A DNA stretch of 64,000 nt. Origin: Candidatus Acidiferrales bacterium. Lineage in GTDB: Bacteria; Patescibacteriota; Microgenomatia; Levybacterales; UBA12049. Positions 35,798 through 45,004 of this stretch are shown here, one piece after another. The notes below the pieces were generated by a model that worked only from the letters and a program-made list of their open reading frames with translations, was not told where the DNA came from and searched no databases. The stretch is taken from the NCBI GenBank assembly GCA_035533875.1, contig DATLSZ010000020.1, forward strand, positions 14,146 to 78,145, in the 5' to 3' direction. The translations under genes and the position numbers were made by a program. Position 1 is the first letter of the stretch, and each line of letters opens with the position of its first letter.

Positions 35798-36469
35798 ATG
35801 ATCAAGCTCATTATTTTTGATTGGGACGATGTTTTCTCGATTGGGTCCAAAGAAGGATATTATAAATGTTTTCAGATAATGCTGGATGAATTGGGTATAA
35901 AAATAGACCATGAAGAAATGAAAAAGCGTCTGATGCCATTGTGGGGGATGCCATATCCCAAATTGGTAGAAGAACTGCTTCGTGGCAGACCTGAACTTGT
36001 TGAGAAAGGATGCAAAATTTATTACAAACATCGCACAGGAGAAACATTTCTCAATAGTCCGCATCTGATACCAAGCGGTAATGAGTTGCTTGAAAGACTA
36101 AATAAAAAATACACATTAGCTGTTGCAACGGGAGCGCTCGCACACGTCCTTAAAAAAAATTTCTTCCCGCGTTTTAACATCCCGGATGTTTTCAGTGAAA
36201 TTATTTCAGTCCATGATTTGGTAGACAAATCACTTGCCAAACCACATCCACATATCGTGCAGGAAATAATGAGACGGACAGGGTTTAAGCCGGGAGAGAC
36301 AGTTATGGTTGGTGATGCAAAAAATGATGTAGTCATGGCACAAAATGCACATGTTATACCAATTGTTGTCCTAACCGGACATTTGAATAAAAAAGAAGCG
36401 GAGGAACTAGGCGTCAACTACATCATCCCGGATGTAACCCATTTGGAATCAGTATTGAAGAAACTCTAA
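35798..36469 (+). CDS. HAD-superfamily hydrolase (phosphatase-like)
   Basis: LIIFDWDDV supplies the DxD nucleophile motif and VMVGDAKNDV is motif IV. Confidence 0.75.
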   Translation: MIKLIIFDWDDVFSIGSKEGYYKCFQIMLDELGIKIDHEEMKKRLMPLWGMPYPKLVEELLRGRPELVEKGCKIYYKHRTGETFLNSPHLIPSGNELLERLNKKYTLAVATGALAHVLKKNFFPRFNIPDVFSEIISVHDLVDKSLAKPHPHIVQEIMRRTGFKPGETVMVGDAKNDVVMAQNAHVIPIVVLTGHLNKKEAEELGVNYIIPDVTHLESVLKKL

Positions 36470-36501
36470 ACGGAACAGGTGTATCCCAAACAAGCAGAAA
36501 A

Positions 36502-39285
36502 TTAGTTCTCAATCTTCTTATATGCTTCGAGTATACAGAAATTGGCAACGAGGGTGAGGCCATAGTCTTCGGCGAAATCCTCTGCTTCTCTGCTTTGAAC
36601 TCCTTCTGCTAGCCAGACGGTATTGATCCCGCCTCTCTCAACAACTTCTGCCATGTGTCCAACCACTTGTGATTTCTCGCGAAAAATATCAACAATATCA
36701 ATCCTGATGTCTTTGGGAATATCCGAAAGACTGGCATAGGATTTCTCACCTAGTACTTCTTTCACATTGGGATTAACAGGAATGATCCGGTAGCCTTTTT
36801 CCTGGAATGTTTTTGCAACACGGTGACTGTGACGCTCCGGATTGTCCGAAAGGCCTATGAAAGCAATCGTCCGGGCATTTTTAAGAAGATCCATGTGCTT
36901 GATCTCAAACGCAGTTGTTGCTTTGGGTAATTTGCCTGCCCATTGCCAATTTTCAATTTCAGCCGGTTCAGCACCAACCGTGGTAATATAGTCATAATGC
37001 TCTTTCAACGCTTTTTTATAGATGTCTATCAATGCTTCTTTCTTCTCCTGCGTAATTACTCCCTCTTTGCTCACCCTTTCTGCGACTTCGATTGCCAGAT
37101 GATAGCGATCTGTTTTGTTTCTTACTAACAAATCAAAGGCCGTGGTTGTTCCTCCCCATTCGTTATAACCATGGACAGAAAATCGATCCGGATTTTTAAC
37201 CTTGAATAAAATACTTTGCATTGCCTCAGGATACCCATGAAAATTGACAATTACCGGCTTATCTATAGTAAAGTATTTCTCCGCATCCTGAATTTGCGGA
37301 TGGAATGCTTCTTCACAGGAGCAAGCAGCCTGCAACCGCAAAATATTAACAAAACGAATACGAATCTCAGGAGCATCCTGTTTGATAAGCTCAATAGCAG
37401 CAAGTGCCTCTCTCGTCATGTAATCTCCGACACCAACAAGCACAATATGTGGATTCTCATCACTCGCAAAATCCCACGTGGACAACCCTGTCTTGAGTGC
37501 CTCTTTTACGTACTCATATGTCAGCCAGCGGGGTTCAGGAGTCTTATTTGCAGTAATGAGATTCATTTGATTTTTGGAAGCAAACGACTCTTGCAGAACC
37601 GCGAGCATACTATTATCATCCACCGGGAAATAGGTCTTGATAAAATCATTGTGTTTCTCAAGCATTCCTGAGATGAATCCTGGATTTTGATGAGAGTACC
37701 CATCACGTTCCTGTCTCCAGACAGTGGAAGTCAACAAATAATTTACTGAAGGAATATCTTTCCGCCATGGCATACGTAGCCAATACTTCAGAAACTTCTG
37801 GTGCATATGTGCCATACTTGCGATAATCTGTGCAAATGCCTCATAGGTAGTGAATGCAACATGTCTTCCGGTCAATACATATCCGGAAGTTAGCCCTTGC
37901 ATATTGTGTTCAGAAAGCATTTCCATAACTTTTCCATCGCGGGTAATATCGCGGTCCCCCGGATCATGAGGCCACACCCAGCCACGACCTGTCACTTCAA
38001 AAACAGCATCAAGTCTGTTGGAATACGTTTCATCCGGTGACATCAAACGGATGTTATTTGTTTTCTTATTTAACGCAAAAACTTCTTTCAAAAAGGTTCC
38101 GGCCATACGCATCGCATTCGATTGTATTTCACCCGGCTTGCGGACCTCTTTTGCCAATTTTTTACTATCCGGCAATACCAATGGCTTGTATGTCTTACCA
38201 AAAACATGCGGATTATTACTGATAAGAAACTCTTCGTCTGGGATAAGATCCAAAATGTCTTTTGAAAATCCTTTTTTCTTATCGAAAAGTTCTTCAAAAT
38301 GATATGACTTCATCCAGTCTTCAAGGGCTTTCAGTTCCATGTCGTCATTGCGCACTGTTGGCATAACCACTTGATGGGAAAGAATGGTGCCTTCAATTTT
38401 TTGCCCGCGTAATTCCTTGATTGTTGTCATTCCTTTTGGTGTTCGCATGACTATCATCGGAAAACGAGGCCGAAAAGGAGGACTATCTCCTCGTGCTTCT
38501 TCTTGGATTTTTTTAATCCGCTGATAGCAGGTTTCAAGAGTTGTGAACATTTGCTCGTCAAGATCCTCATCCGCGCCTTCGACAAAAAAGGGCTCATATC
38601 CATACCCGCTGAATAATTCTTCCATTTCGCGATTACTCATGCGACCAAAAATTGTAGGCCCTGAAATTTTGTATCCATTCACGTGAAGAATCGGAAGCAC
38701 TGCACCATTGGTTGCGGGATCAACAAGTTTGTTAATATGCCATGCAGCTGCAATAGCTCCTGTTTCTGCTTCTCCGTCACCAATCAGACAGGCAGCGAGC
38801 AAATCCGGATTGTCCAGAATTGCTCCATAGGCAAGTCCCAATGAATAGCCTAGTTCTCCACCTTCCAAGATCGCACCCGGTATTTCAGGGCTGACATGAC
38901 TGGAAAAACCATGAGGCCAGGTATAATTTTTTGCAATATAGGCAATTCCTTTTTCGTCTCTAGTTGCTTTCTTATAATATTTTTCAAGCGTTCCTTCCAA
39001 AAAAACATTTGCTTGCAGAGCTGACATACCGTGCCCTGGCCCGAGAACAAAAATAGCAGATTGCTTATGCTTTTTAACAAGATAATTAAGGTGCGCATAA
39101 ACAAAATTGATCCCCGGACATGTTCCCCAGTGCCCCACAAGTTTGGGCTTAATATCATCTGATTTGAGTGGTCTTTGCAGAAGATAATTATCCTGAAGAT
39201 AAATTTGTGCGACAGAAAGATAATTGGCCGCCCGCACATACTTTCTTATTTTTTCAATAGCAGCATCCATTGCAGTACTTTGCAT
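36502..39285 (-). CDS. xfp: Phosphoketolase (Xfp) fused to a C-terminal CoA-binding domain
   Basis: IYLQDNYLLQRPL..DIKPKLVGHWGTCPGINF and GPGHG are XFP N-terminal signatures. The extra ~130 aa, ARTIAFIGLSDNPERHSHRVAKTFQEKGYRIIPVNPNVKEVLGEKSYASLSDIP..IDIVDIFR, are typical of the CoA_binding_2 (YccU-like) family. Confidence 0.85.
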   Translation of the reverse strand: MQSTAMDAAIEKIRKYVRAANYLSVAQIYLQDNYLLQRPLKSDDIKPKLVGHWGTCPGINFVYAHLNYLVKKHKQSAIFVLGPGHGMSALQANVFLEGTLEKYYKKATRDEKGIAYIAKNYTWPHGFSSHVSPEIPGAILEGGELGYSLGLAYGAILDNPDLLAACLIGDGEAETGAIAAAWHINKLVDPATNGAVLPILHVNGYKISGPTIFGRMSNREMEELFSGYGYEPFFVEGADEDLDEQMFTTLETCYQRIKKIQEEARGDSPPFRPRFPMIVMRTPKGMTTIKELRGQKIEGTILSHQVVMPTVRNDDMELKALEDWMKSYHFEELFDKKKGFSKDILDLIPDEEFLISNNPHVFGKTYKPLVLPDSKKLAKEVRKPGEIQSNAMRMAGTFLKEVFALNKKTNNIRLMSPDETYSNRLDAVFEVTGRGWVWPHDPGDRDITRDGKVMEMLSEHNMQGLTSGYVLTGRHVAFTTYEAFAQIIASMAHMHQKFLKYWLRMPWRKDIPSVNYLLTSTVWRQERDGYSHQNPGFISGMLEKHNDFIKTYFPVDDNSMLAVLQESFASKNQMNLITANKTPEPRWLTYEYVKEALKTGLSTWDFASDENPHIVLVGVGDYMTREALAAIELIKQDAPEIRIRFVNILRLQAACSCEEAFHPQIQDAEKYFTIDKPVIVNFHGYPEAMQSILFKVKNPDRFSVHGYNEWGGTTTAFDLLVRNKTDRYHLAIEVAERVSKEGVITQEKKEALIDIYKKALKEHYDYITTVGAEPAEIENWQWAGKLPKATTAFEIKHMDLLKNARTIAFIGLSDNPERHSHRVAKTFQEKGYRIIPVNPNVKEVLGEKSYASLSDIPKDIRIDIVDIFREKSQVVGHMAEVVERGGINTVWLAEGVQSREAEDFAEDYGLTLVANFCILEAYKKIEN

Positions 39286-39344
39286 TATATAATTTCAAGC
39301 TGAGTGGGTCAATATTAGAAAGGCTTATTTTCGCAAAACTTATT

Positions 39345-39812
39345 TTAGCTAATGGAGACGATTTTGTAGAGCATTTTGCCTGCGGGGGCTTCGAATTCTA
39401 TCTCATCCCCGACTGCTTTGCCGATGAGCGCTTTGCCCAGAGGTGATTCATGTGAGATTTTCTTTTCCGTAGGATCTGCTTCCCATTCACCGACAACAGT
39501 GAACGTCTCCTGTTTGCCGCCGATTTTGACAACGACCGATGATCCGAGATCAACAGATGCGGTCTTGTGATTGCCGTCCACGATCAATTCCGCTTGCTTC
39601 AATAATTCTTCAAGCTCCTCGATCCGTCCGTCAATAAAAGCCAATTCTTCTCGAGCAGCAGTGTATTCTGCATTCTCGGAGAGATCTCCCATTTCGCGTG
39701 CTGCAGAAAGACGCTCGACTACCTCCGGCCTTCGCTTCTTCACCATTTCGTCGTATTCTTTTTGGAGATCTTCAAACCCTTTTTTGGTCAAATATATTTT
39801 TTTTGCGTCCAT
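39345..39812 (-). CDS. greA: Transcription elongation factor GreA
   Basis: 155 aa. An N-terminal coiled coil (LSAAREMGDLSENAEYTAAREE) and a C-terminal FKBP-like domain. Confidence 0.9.
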   Translation of the reverse strand: MDAKKIYLTKKGFEDLQKEYDEMVKKRRPEVVERLSAAREMGDLSENAEYTAAREELAFIDGRIEELEELLKQAELIVDGNHKTASVDLGSSVVVKIGGKQETFTVVGEWEADPTEKKISHESPLGKALIGKAVGDEIEFEAPAGKMLYKIVSIS

Positions 39813-39912
39813 AATACAGGTCAGGCTTTTTACAAAAAAGACTCGTCGGGATTCAAAAGTGATACAGGACGAGGTCTTATATTGTTCAAACCTGAGCCAG
39901 TATAAAGAATAA

Positions 39913-40908
39913 TCAAAACTTTGTCAATAAACCGAATTGTCGCATTTTTAGCCTTAATTGTGTAAGTGTCTGAGTCCTATAATCATTTGGGTGGAACGCT
40001 AAAATGTGCTCAGTGATGACTTCCTTCGTCTGATGCCGTTTCATCCAACTGATCTGTAACTTACGAAAAAAGCTTTCAGATATTGGATTAACCATAATCC
40101 AACCGATCAGTTTTATTACATTACTGTCATTCCCATGCAAAAGGTAATCGCTGTTATTCTTTTTTTTAGTTCTCCACATCTTCAAGAATGTTAATTTATT
40201 GCTGGAAGAAACAAAATTCGGTAAGAATTCTTTTATCCATATATTAGCGAGTAAAAACTTTTGATATATCTCGTCCTTCTTAAAAAGTGGTACTATTTGT
40301 GAAATCTCGCGTGCCGTATAAACATCCGGTGTCCTGCCAAACCACGAAAGTACCGTCTCATCAAACAATAAATTCACACAGATTGTATTGGCGGTGTTTT
40401 TTTGATTCCTGAAACGCCGTACTCCCAATAGTTCTAACAAGCCAAGAATAAGCAGCCTGCTTACAAAAAGCGTATCCTTTTTTACTATAATGACAAGATC
40501 AATATCATCTTTCTCAGACACGTTCCCTGCTGCCAATCCCCCGCTTATACCGATGAAAAGGATAGAAGGAATTTGCGCAAGTTTTTCAGCGACAAAAAGA
40601 GCCCGTTCACGTTTTTTTGCAACTTCGGAAAGATTCTTAATACGAAAATCAATAATCTTTTCCCGTTTTTTCAAACAATAATACCCCTCTTTGTATAAAA
40701 CATATGCTTGCACTTTTTTCAAACCGACCTCAAACTCACTCCGCGAGATCTTTTTTCTTGAGATCAAAAAGCGCCGCAATTCATCCTCGGTAAGCGGAAA
40801 AGAAAAAATATCGCTATAAAGAATTGTCGTCAGTATCGCTTCTTCGGCAGGAGTAAGCTTCAAACCGCTATTGTTGCCCATAGTTTTGCAGCACCTGTTC
40901 CACACCAT
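39913..40908 (-). CDS. Hypothetical protein with a minimal nucleotidyltransferase-like motif
   Basis: GISGGLAAGNVSEKDDIDLVIIV resembles the G[SG]...DxD pattern of Pol-beta-type NTases. An alternative start lies at 40881. The assignment is weak. Confidence 0.45.
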   Translation of the reverse strand: MVWNRCCKTMGNNSGLKLTPAEEAILTTILYSDIFSFPLTEDELRRFLISRKKISRSEFEVGLKKVQAYVLYKEGYYCLKKREKIIDFRIKNLSEVAKKRERALFVAEKLAQIPSILFIGISGGLAAGNVSEKDDIDLVIIVKKDTLFVSRLLILGLLELLGVRRFRNQKNTANTICVNLLFDETVLSWFGRTPDVYTAREISQIVPLFKKDEIYQKFLLANIWIKEFLPNFVSSSNKLTFLKMWRTKKKNNSDYLLHGNDSNVIKLIGWIMVNPISESFFRKLQISWMKRHQTKEVITEHILAFHPNDYRTQTLTQLRLKMRQFGLLTKF

Positions 40909-42355
40909 TATTCAAATCCTGCACAGCAGAATCGACAGACGTACCGTCATTGAGTACCGCACCAACGGCTTTTTGAAGATACGTATTCATTTCCGAATTG
41001 ATCCCCGTATCACCATCATGGGTACCACTTGCAAAGTATGACGATGCCGAATCATCCAGCTGGCTCACGAACGGATATACCAATTGGTTTTCCTTCAGAC
41101 TTTGCTGCAAATCCTTCCTGGCATACGGTTCACCAAATGCCCTCACTTTTGCTGTGTCGGTATAGAACTGCTGCGCTGTAGATTTCTGCGCCAAATACTG
41201 CATGAATTCCATTGCTTCTTTTTGATGTGTACTTTTTGCCGAAACCCCGTCTACCCAATAACTCGCAACCGTTGTCTTCTTCCCATAGAGATTTGGCACG
41301 GGATAAATTTTGAACTGCAGGCTGGAATTTAACTTTTGAATTTCAAAAACATCCCATGAATAACCGAAGTACATTGCAAGCTCGCCTTTACTGAATGCCA
41401 GCAGAGAATTATCAAGCGTTGAATCCCAGACATTATCTTGTCCGGTAGAAAAGGACGTATAGAACTGCAGCGCGTCGGATTCATTCTTTGCTGAATTGGT
41501 AATGTTATTCATCTGAACTCCCTGCTGCAAGAATAACAAAGAAATGATATCTGGCGCATGATCAACATTGTCAAATGTCCCAAGAGCAGCACCCGCTGTC
41601 TTGATCTTCCCGCTCTGATCCTTGACGGTCAACTGCTTGGCCACTTTTACGAAATCATCCCAGTTGGACGGTACCTGTACTCCTGCAGCTTCAAAAAGAG
41701 TCGGATTCACAAAAAGCGCCAGGGAATCCGCTTCCATAGGAATACCATAGAGTGCGCCATTTTGCGTCAAATCCTGCTGCATCACTGGATAAAACACCTG
41801 CTTGAACTGATCTGGTGTAATTACGTCGGATGATAACGGTGAGATATCACTTGAGAGCATCGGCAACCAGGTATTATGGTAAAGAAAAACATCAGGCCCT
41901 GATCCAGCCTGAATCCTTGTCTGCAGCCTGTCTAGATACTGACTTGGGTCGTTCTTGACGTACTCAACAATAATATTCGGATGGTCCTTATGAAAATTAA
42001 GAATTGTGGTCTGCATGGTATTCGCATCCTCCCATAATCCCCACCACTGCAAGGTAACTGCTTGATCCGGCTGGCCTTTTGGAATAAGCATGACAATAAT
42101 AATAGTAACCAAAATAACAACGCCGATACCAATAAGCAGTTTTTTTAAGAGTCCTCCGCCAAGCAACCCGCCGAGAAAACCTCTCAATGGCGAAGATTCA
42201 TCACCCGAATAGGTATCTGTTCCCTGCGCAGCATCAATTGTTTGATCAGCTGTATCCGCTGGAGCGTCAACAGAGACCTGAGCATCAGGTGCTGCAGGTG
42301 TAGAAGGTTGTGCTATATTTTCTTCTGGAGGATTAAAGACTACATTTTCACTCAT
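40868..42355 (-). CDS. Extracellular solute-binding protein (ABC sugar-type, family 1), TM-anchored
   Basis: A disordered N-terminus and a TM helix are followed by LQWWGLWED...DHPNIIVEYVKNDPSQYLDRLQTRIQAGSGPDVF, typical of SBP_bac_1. No permease or ATPase gene is adjacent. Confidence 0.7.
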   Translation of the reverse strand: MSENVVFNPPEENIAQPSTPAAPDAQVSVDAPADTADQTIDAAQGTDTYSGDESSPLRGFLGGLLGGGLLKKLLIGIGVVILVTIIIVMLIPKGQPDQAVTLQWWGLWEDANTMQTTILNFHKDHPNIIVEYVKNDPSQYLDRLQTRIQAGSGPDVFLYHNTWLPMLSSDISPLSSDVITPDQFKQVFYPVMQQDLTQNGALYGIPMEADSLALFVNPTLFEAAGVQVPSNWDDFVKVAKQLTVKDQSGKIKTAGAALGTFDNVDHAPDIISLLFLQQGVQMNNITNSAKNESDALQFYTSFSTGQDNVWDSTLDNSLLAFSKGELAMYFGYSWDVFEIQKLNSSLQFKIYPVPNLYGKKTTVASYWVDGVSAKSTHQKEAMEFMQYLAQKSTAQQFYTDTAKVRAFGEPYARKDLQQSLKENQLVYPFVSQLDDSASSYFASGTHDGDTGINSEMNTYLQKAVGAVLNDGTSVDSAVQDLNNGVEQVLQNYGQQ

Positions 42356-42391
42356 AATATGCTATTATTCTTATAGTATAACAAGGAGTTC

Positions 42392-43876
42392 ATGGCAATC
42401 CTACCCCATTATAACCTTATCGCTAAAAAACTCAAAAAGGTACTAAAATCCAAAAAATTCAGCTTTGGCAAAAAACACTTCAAAGTTTTTGGGAAAAACA
42501 TCTTTTGGTTCAGTTTGGGAGGTGCACTCGGATTATTCTTCTTCGTCAGTTTTCTCTATATTGCATACGAAAAAATTCACGTCAACAGTGTCTATAACGG
42601 TGTTTTTGTGGACGGGGTAAATTTCGGTGGAAAAGATCCGGAACAAATACAAGACTACTTCCTCACAAAAAACAGAATCATACAAAAAACAACAATCACC
42701 CTAAGGTCCAACGACCAAACGATTGCAACAATCTCCGCAAGACAAATAGATTTTGGCTATGATGAAAATCTCCTCGCGGACCAGGCAATGACCGTCGGTC
42801 GATCAGGAAATAACGCTATTACCAATATAAGCCTTATTGTGCAGGCGTATTTCAATACAATTGATCTGCCACCCGCATACCATTACTCTGAGCAAAAACT
42901 CAATGACTACCTTGATCAAGTCAAGAAAAAAACAGACGTGCCACCGGTTAATCCACTCTTTAATTTCCAAGGTGGCAAAGTCGTCACCTTCCGTACCGGC
43001 ACTGACGGAAAAATGCTTGATGAGGAAACACTCAAAAATGAAATTCTTGATAAATTGAAAGAATCCGTATTGACGAATAGTACACAACAGCTTGTGCTGG
43101 CAATGCCCGTCCAAACAATCCACGCAAAAAGTGCAACGGATGAGGCAAACCGTCTAGGAATCAAAGAAGAAGTCTCTGAAGGAACCTCTCTATTCCATCA
43201 TTCGGCAACTGAACGTATTTTTAATGTCGCGCTTGCTGCAAGCCGATTAAATGGCGTCATTATCAAACCCGGCGAAATTTTTTCATTTGATAAAACGGTC
43301 GGTGATATTTCTTCTCTCTCGGGGTACAAACAAGCGTATGTCATTGAAAACGGCAAGACTGTCCTTGGCGACGGTGGAGGCGTCTGCCAAGTATCAACAA
43401 CCCTCTTCAGAGCGGCGCTCAATGCAGGCCTCCCCATCGTTGAACGACACCAGCACGCATATCGTGTCGGGTATTATGAAGAAGATTCAGGTCCTGGCAT
43501 TGATGCAGCAATTTACTCACCAACCGTTGACTTGAAATTCAAAAATGATACCGGACACGCTTTGTTAATACAAACCATCGTTGATTTTTCAGCGCAGCGG
43601 CTTACGTTTGCGCTGTATGGAACAAAAGATACCAACCGACAAATAAGTATCTCAACACCTGTTGTACTGTCGGAAACTCCTGCACCGCCGCCATTGTATC
43701 AGGATGATCCAACGCTTGCTGCAGGACAAATAAAACAAGTCGATTTTGCCGCTGCAGGCGCGGATGTCTACTTCACCCGTACTGTAACAGAGAATGACAA
43801 AGTAACTATCTATGATAAATTTACTTCGGATTACAAACCATGGCAGGCAATATACATGCGGGGAACGAAGAGTTAA
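42392..43876 (+). CDS. VanW-family protein with a G5-like C-terminal domain
   Basis: An N-terminal TM precedes the VanW core PGEIFSFDKTVGDIS...GGGVCQVSTTLFRAALNAGLPIVERHQH. An AAGGAG Shine-Dalgarno sequence lies upstream. Confidence 0.8.
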   Translation: MAILPHYNLIAKKLKKVLKSKKFSFGKKHFKVFGKNIFWFSLGGALGLFFFVSFLYIAYEKIHVNSVYNGVFVDGVNFGGKDPEQIQDYFLTKNRIIQKTTITLRSNDQTIATISARQIDFGYDENLLADQAMTVGRSGNNAITNISLIVQAYFNTIDLPPAYHYSEQKLNDYLDQVKKKTDVPPVNPLFNFQGGKVVTFRTGTDGKMLDEETLKNEILDKLKESVLTNSTQQLVLAMPVQTIHAKSATDEANRLGIKEEVSEGTSLFHHSATERIFNVALAASRLNGVIIKPGEIFSFDKTVGDISSLSGYKQAYVIENGKTVLGDGGGVCQVSTTLFRAALNAGLPIVERHQHAYRVGYYEEDSGPGIDAAIYSPTVDLKFKNDTGHALLIQTIVDFSAQRLTFALYGTKDTNRQISISTPVVLSETPAPPPLYQDDPTLAAGQIKQVDFAAAGADVYFTRTVTENDKVTIYDKFTSDYKPWQAIYMRGTKS

Positions 43877-43902
43877 TTTTCAATTTACAATTTGCAATTT
43901 TC
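43875..43902. repeat. Tandem heptamer array (AATTTNC family)
   Basis: AATTTTC AATTTAC AATTTGC AATTTTC. It is followed by the palindrome AAGGGATCCCTT and a looser 7-nt-periodic ATTGAAA tract (43956..44004). Confidence 0.75.
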
Positions 43903-44006
43903 CCAAAGGGATCCCTTCGGGACAATCAATAATCAATTTCTTAATGTTTTAAACTTTGAAAATTGAATCATTGAAAATTCAATAAAAATTAAAAATTGAA
44001 AAATTT

Positions 44007-44489
44007 ATGGGACAAATTATAAATATTGAAAAAGTTGATCTAATAACCTCAAAACTACAAGCACAAAATAAACAGATAGTTTTGGCCGGGGGCTGCTTCG
44101 ATCTTCTTCATATCGGTCACATTACGTTTCTTGAAAAGGCGAAAAAACTTGGTGACTTACTGGTGATATTACTTGAATCTGATGAAACAATCACTGCGAG
44201 CAAAGGCGCGAACCGGCCGATCAATTCACAAGCAGATCGGGCAAAAATTCTTTCCGCATTACTGTCGGTTGATATTGTTATATTACTCAGTCCGAAGATG
44301 ACAGATAAGGAGTATGATGCGCTGGTATTTGCCATAAAACCTGCTATAATCGCAACAACAAGCGGTGATATGCAGAGACATCATAAAGAGCGGCAAGCCA
44401 AACAAATAGGTGCTCACGTAGTAGATGTCACCATGCCCATATCAGACAAGTCGACAACAAAATTAGTAAACTTGTTAAATGAATTATAA
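44007..44489 (+). CDS. Cytidylyl/adenylyltransferase-like protein (CTP_transf_like family)
   Basis: 160 aa. AGGCFDLLHIGHITFLEKAK supplies the (T/H)xGH motif. The substrate is unknown. Confidence 0.7.
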   Translation: MGQIINIEKVDLITSKLQAQNKQIVLAGGCFDLLHIGHITFLEKAKKLGDLLVILLESDETITASKGANRPINSQADRAKILSALLSVDIVILLSPKMTDKEYDALVFAIKPAIIATTSGDMQRHHKERQAKQIGAHVVDVTMPISDKSTTKLVNLLNEL

Positions 44490-44507
44490 AACTAGACGCT
44501 AATTTTT

Positions 44508-44972
44508 ATGAGTCTTAACAAAATCATCATAGGTTTTATCATTATCCTTTTATTATTCAGCGGGTACATTTTGTATCAGATCAATCAGACACCGCTCCCC
44601 AAATCAAAAGTAACAATCGACAATCATACTTTTATGGTTGAAGTAGCGACAACATCTGCGCAACAGCAACAAGGATTATCTGGAAGAGCATCACTTCCCC
44701 AAAATCAAGGCATGCTTTTTATATTTAAAACGCCAGACCGGTATCCGTTCTGGATGAAAGACATGAGGTTCCCTCTCGATATGATTTTTATCAATGACAA
44801 TAAAATCGTAACTATTTTCCAAAATGTCCCAACTCCTGTTCAGGGCAAAACCAATCTGCCTGTTTATGCTCCAAGTTCACCCGCCAATCAAGTACTGGAA
44901 ATCAACGCCGGTACCGCCAAGCAATTTGACTTTAAGAAGGGTGACACTGTCAAAGTAGACCTCAAACAATAA
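44508..44972 (+). CDS. DUF192-family protein, membrane-anchored
   Basis: 154 aa. An N-terminal TM is followed by GLSGR...GMLFIF...FWMKDMRFPLDMIFI, the DUF192 pattern. Confidence 0.6.
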   Translation: MSLNKIIIGFIIILLLFSGYILYQINQTPLPKSKVTIDNHTFMVEVATTSAQQQQGLSGRASLPQNQGMLFIFKTPDRYPFWMKDMRFPLDMIFINDNKIVTIFQNVPTPVQGKTNLPVYAPSSPANQVLEINAGTAKQFDFKKGDTVKVDLKQ

Positions 44973-44990
44973 ATCTTCTTGCATCACGAA

Positions 44991-44999
44991 TGGTATAAT
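44991..44999 (+). promoter_or_regulatory. Extended -10 box TGGTATAAT, 5 nt upstream of the tsaD ATG
   Basis: The sequence TGGTATAAT-agcgt-ATG implies a leaderless or near-leaderless transcript. Confidence 0.5.
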
Positions 45000-45004
45000 A
45001 GCGT

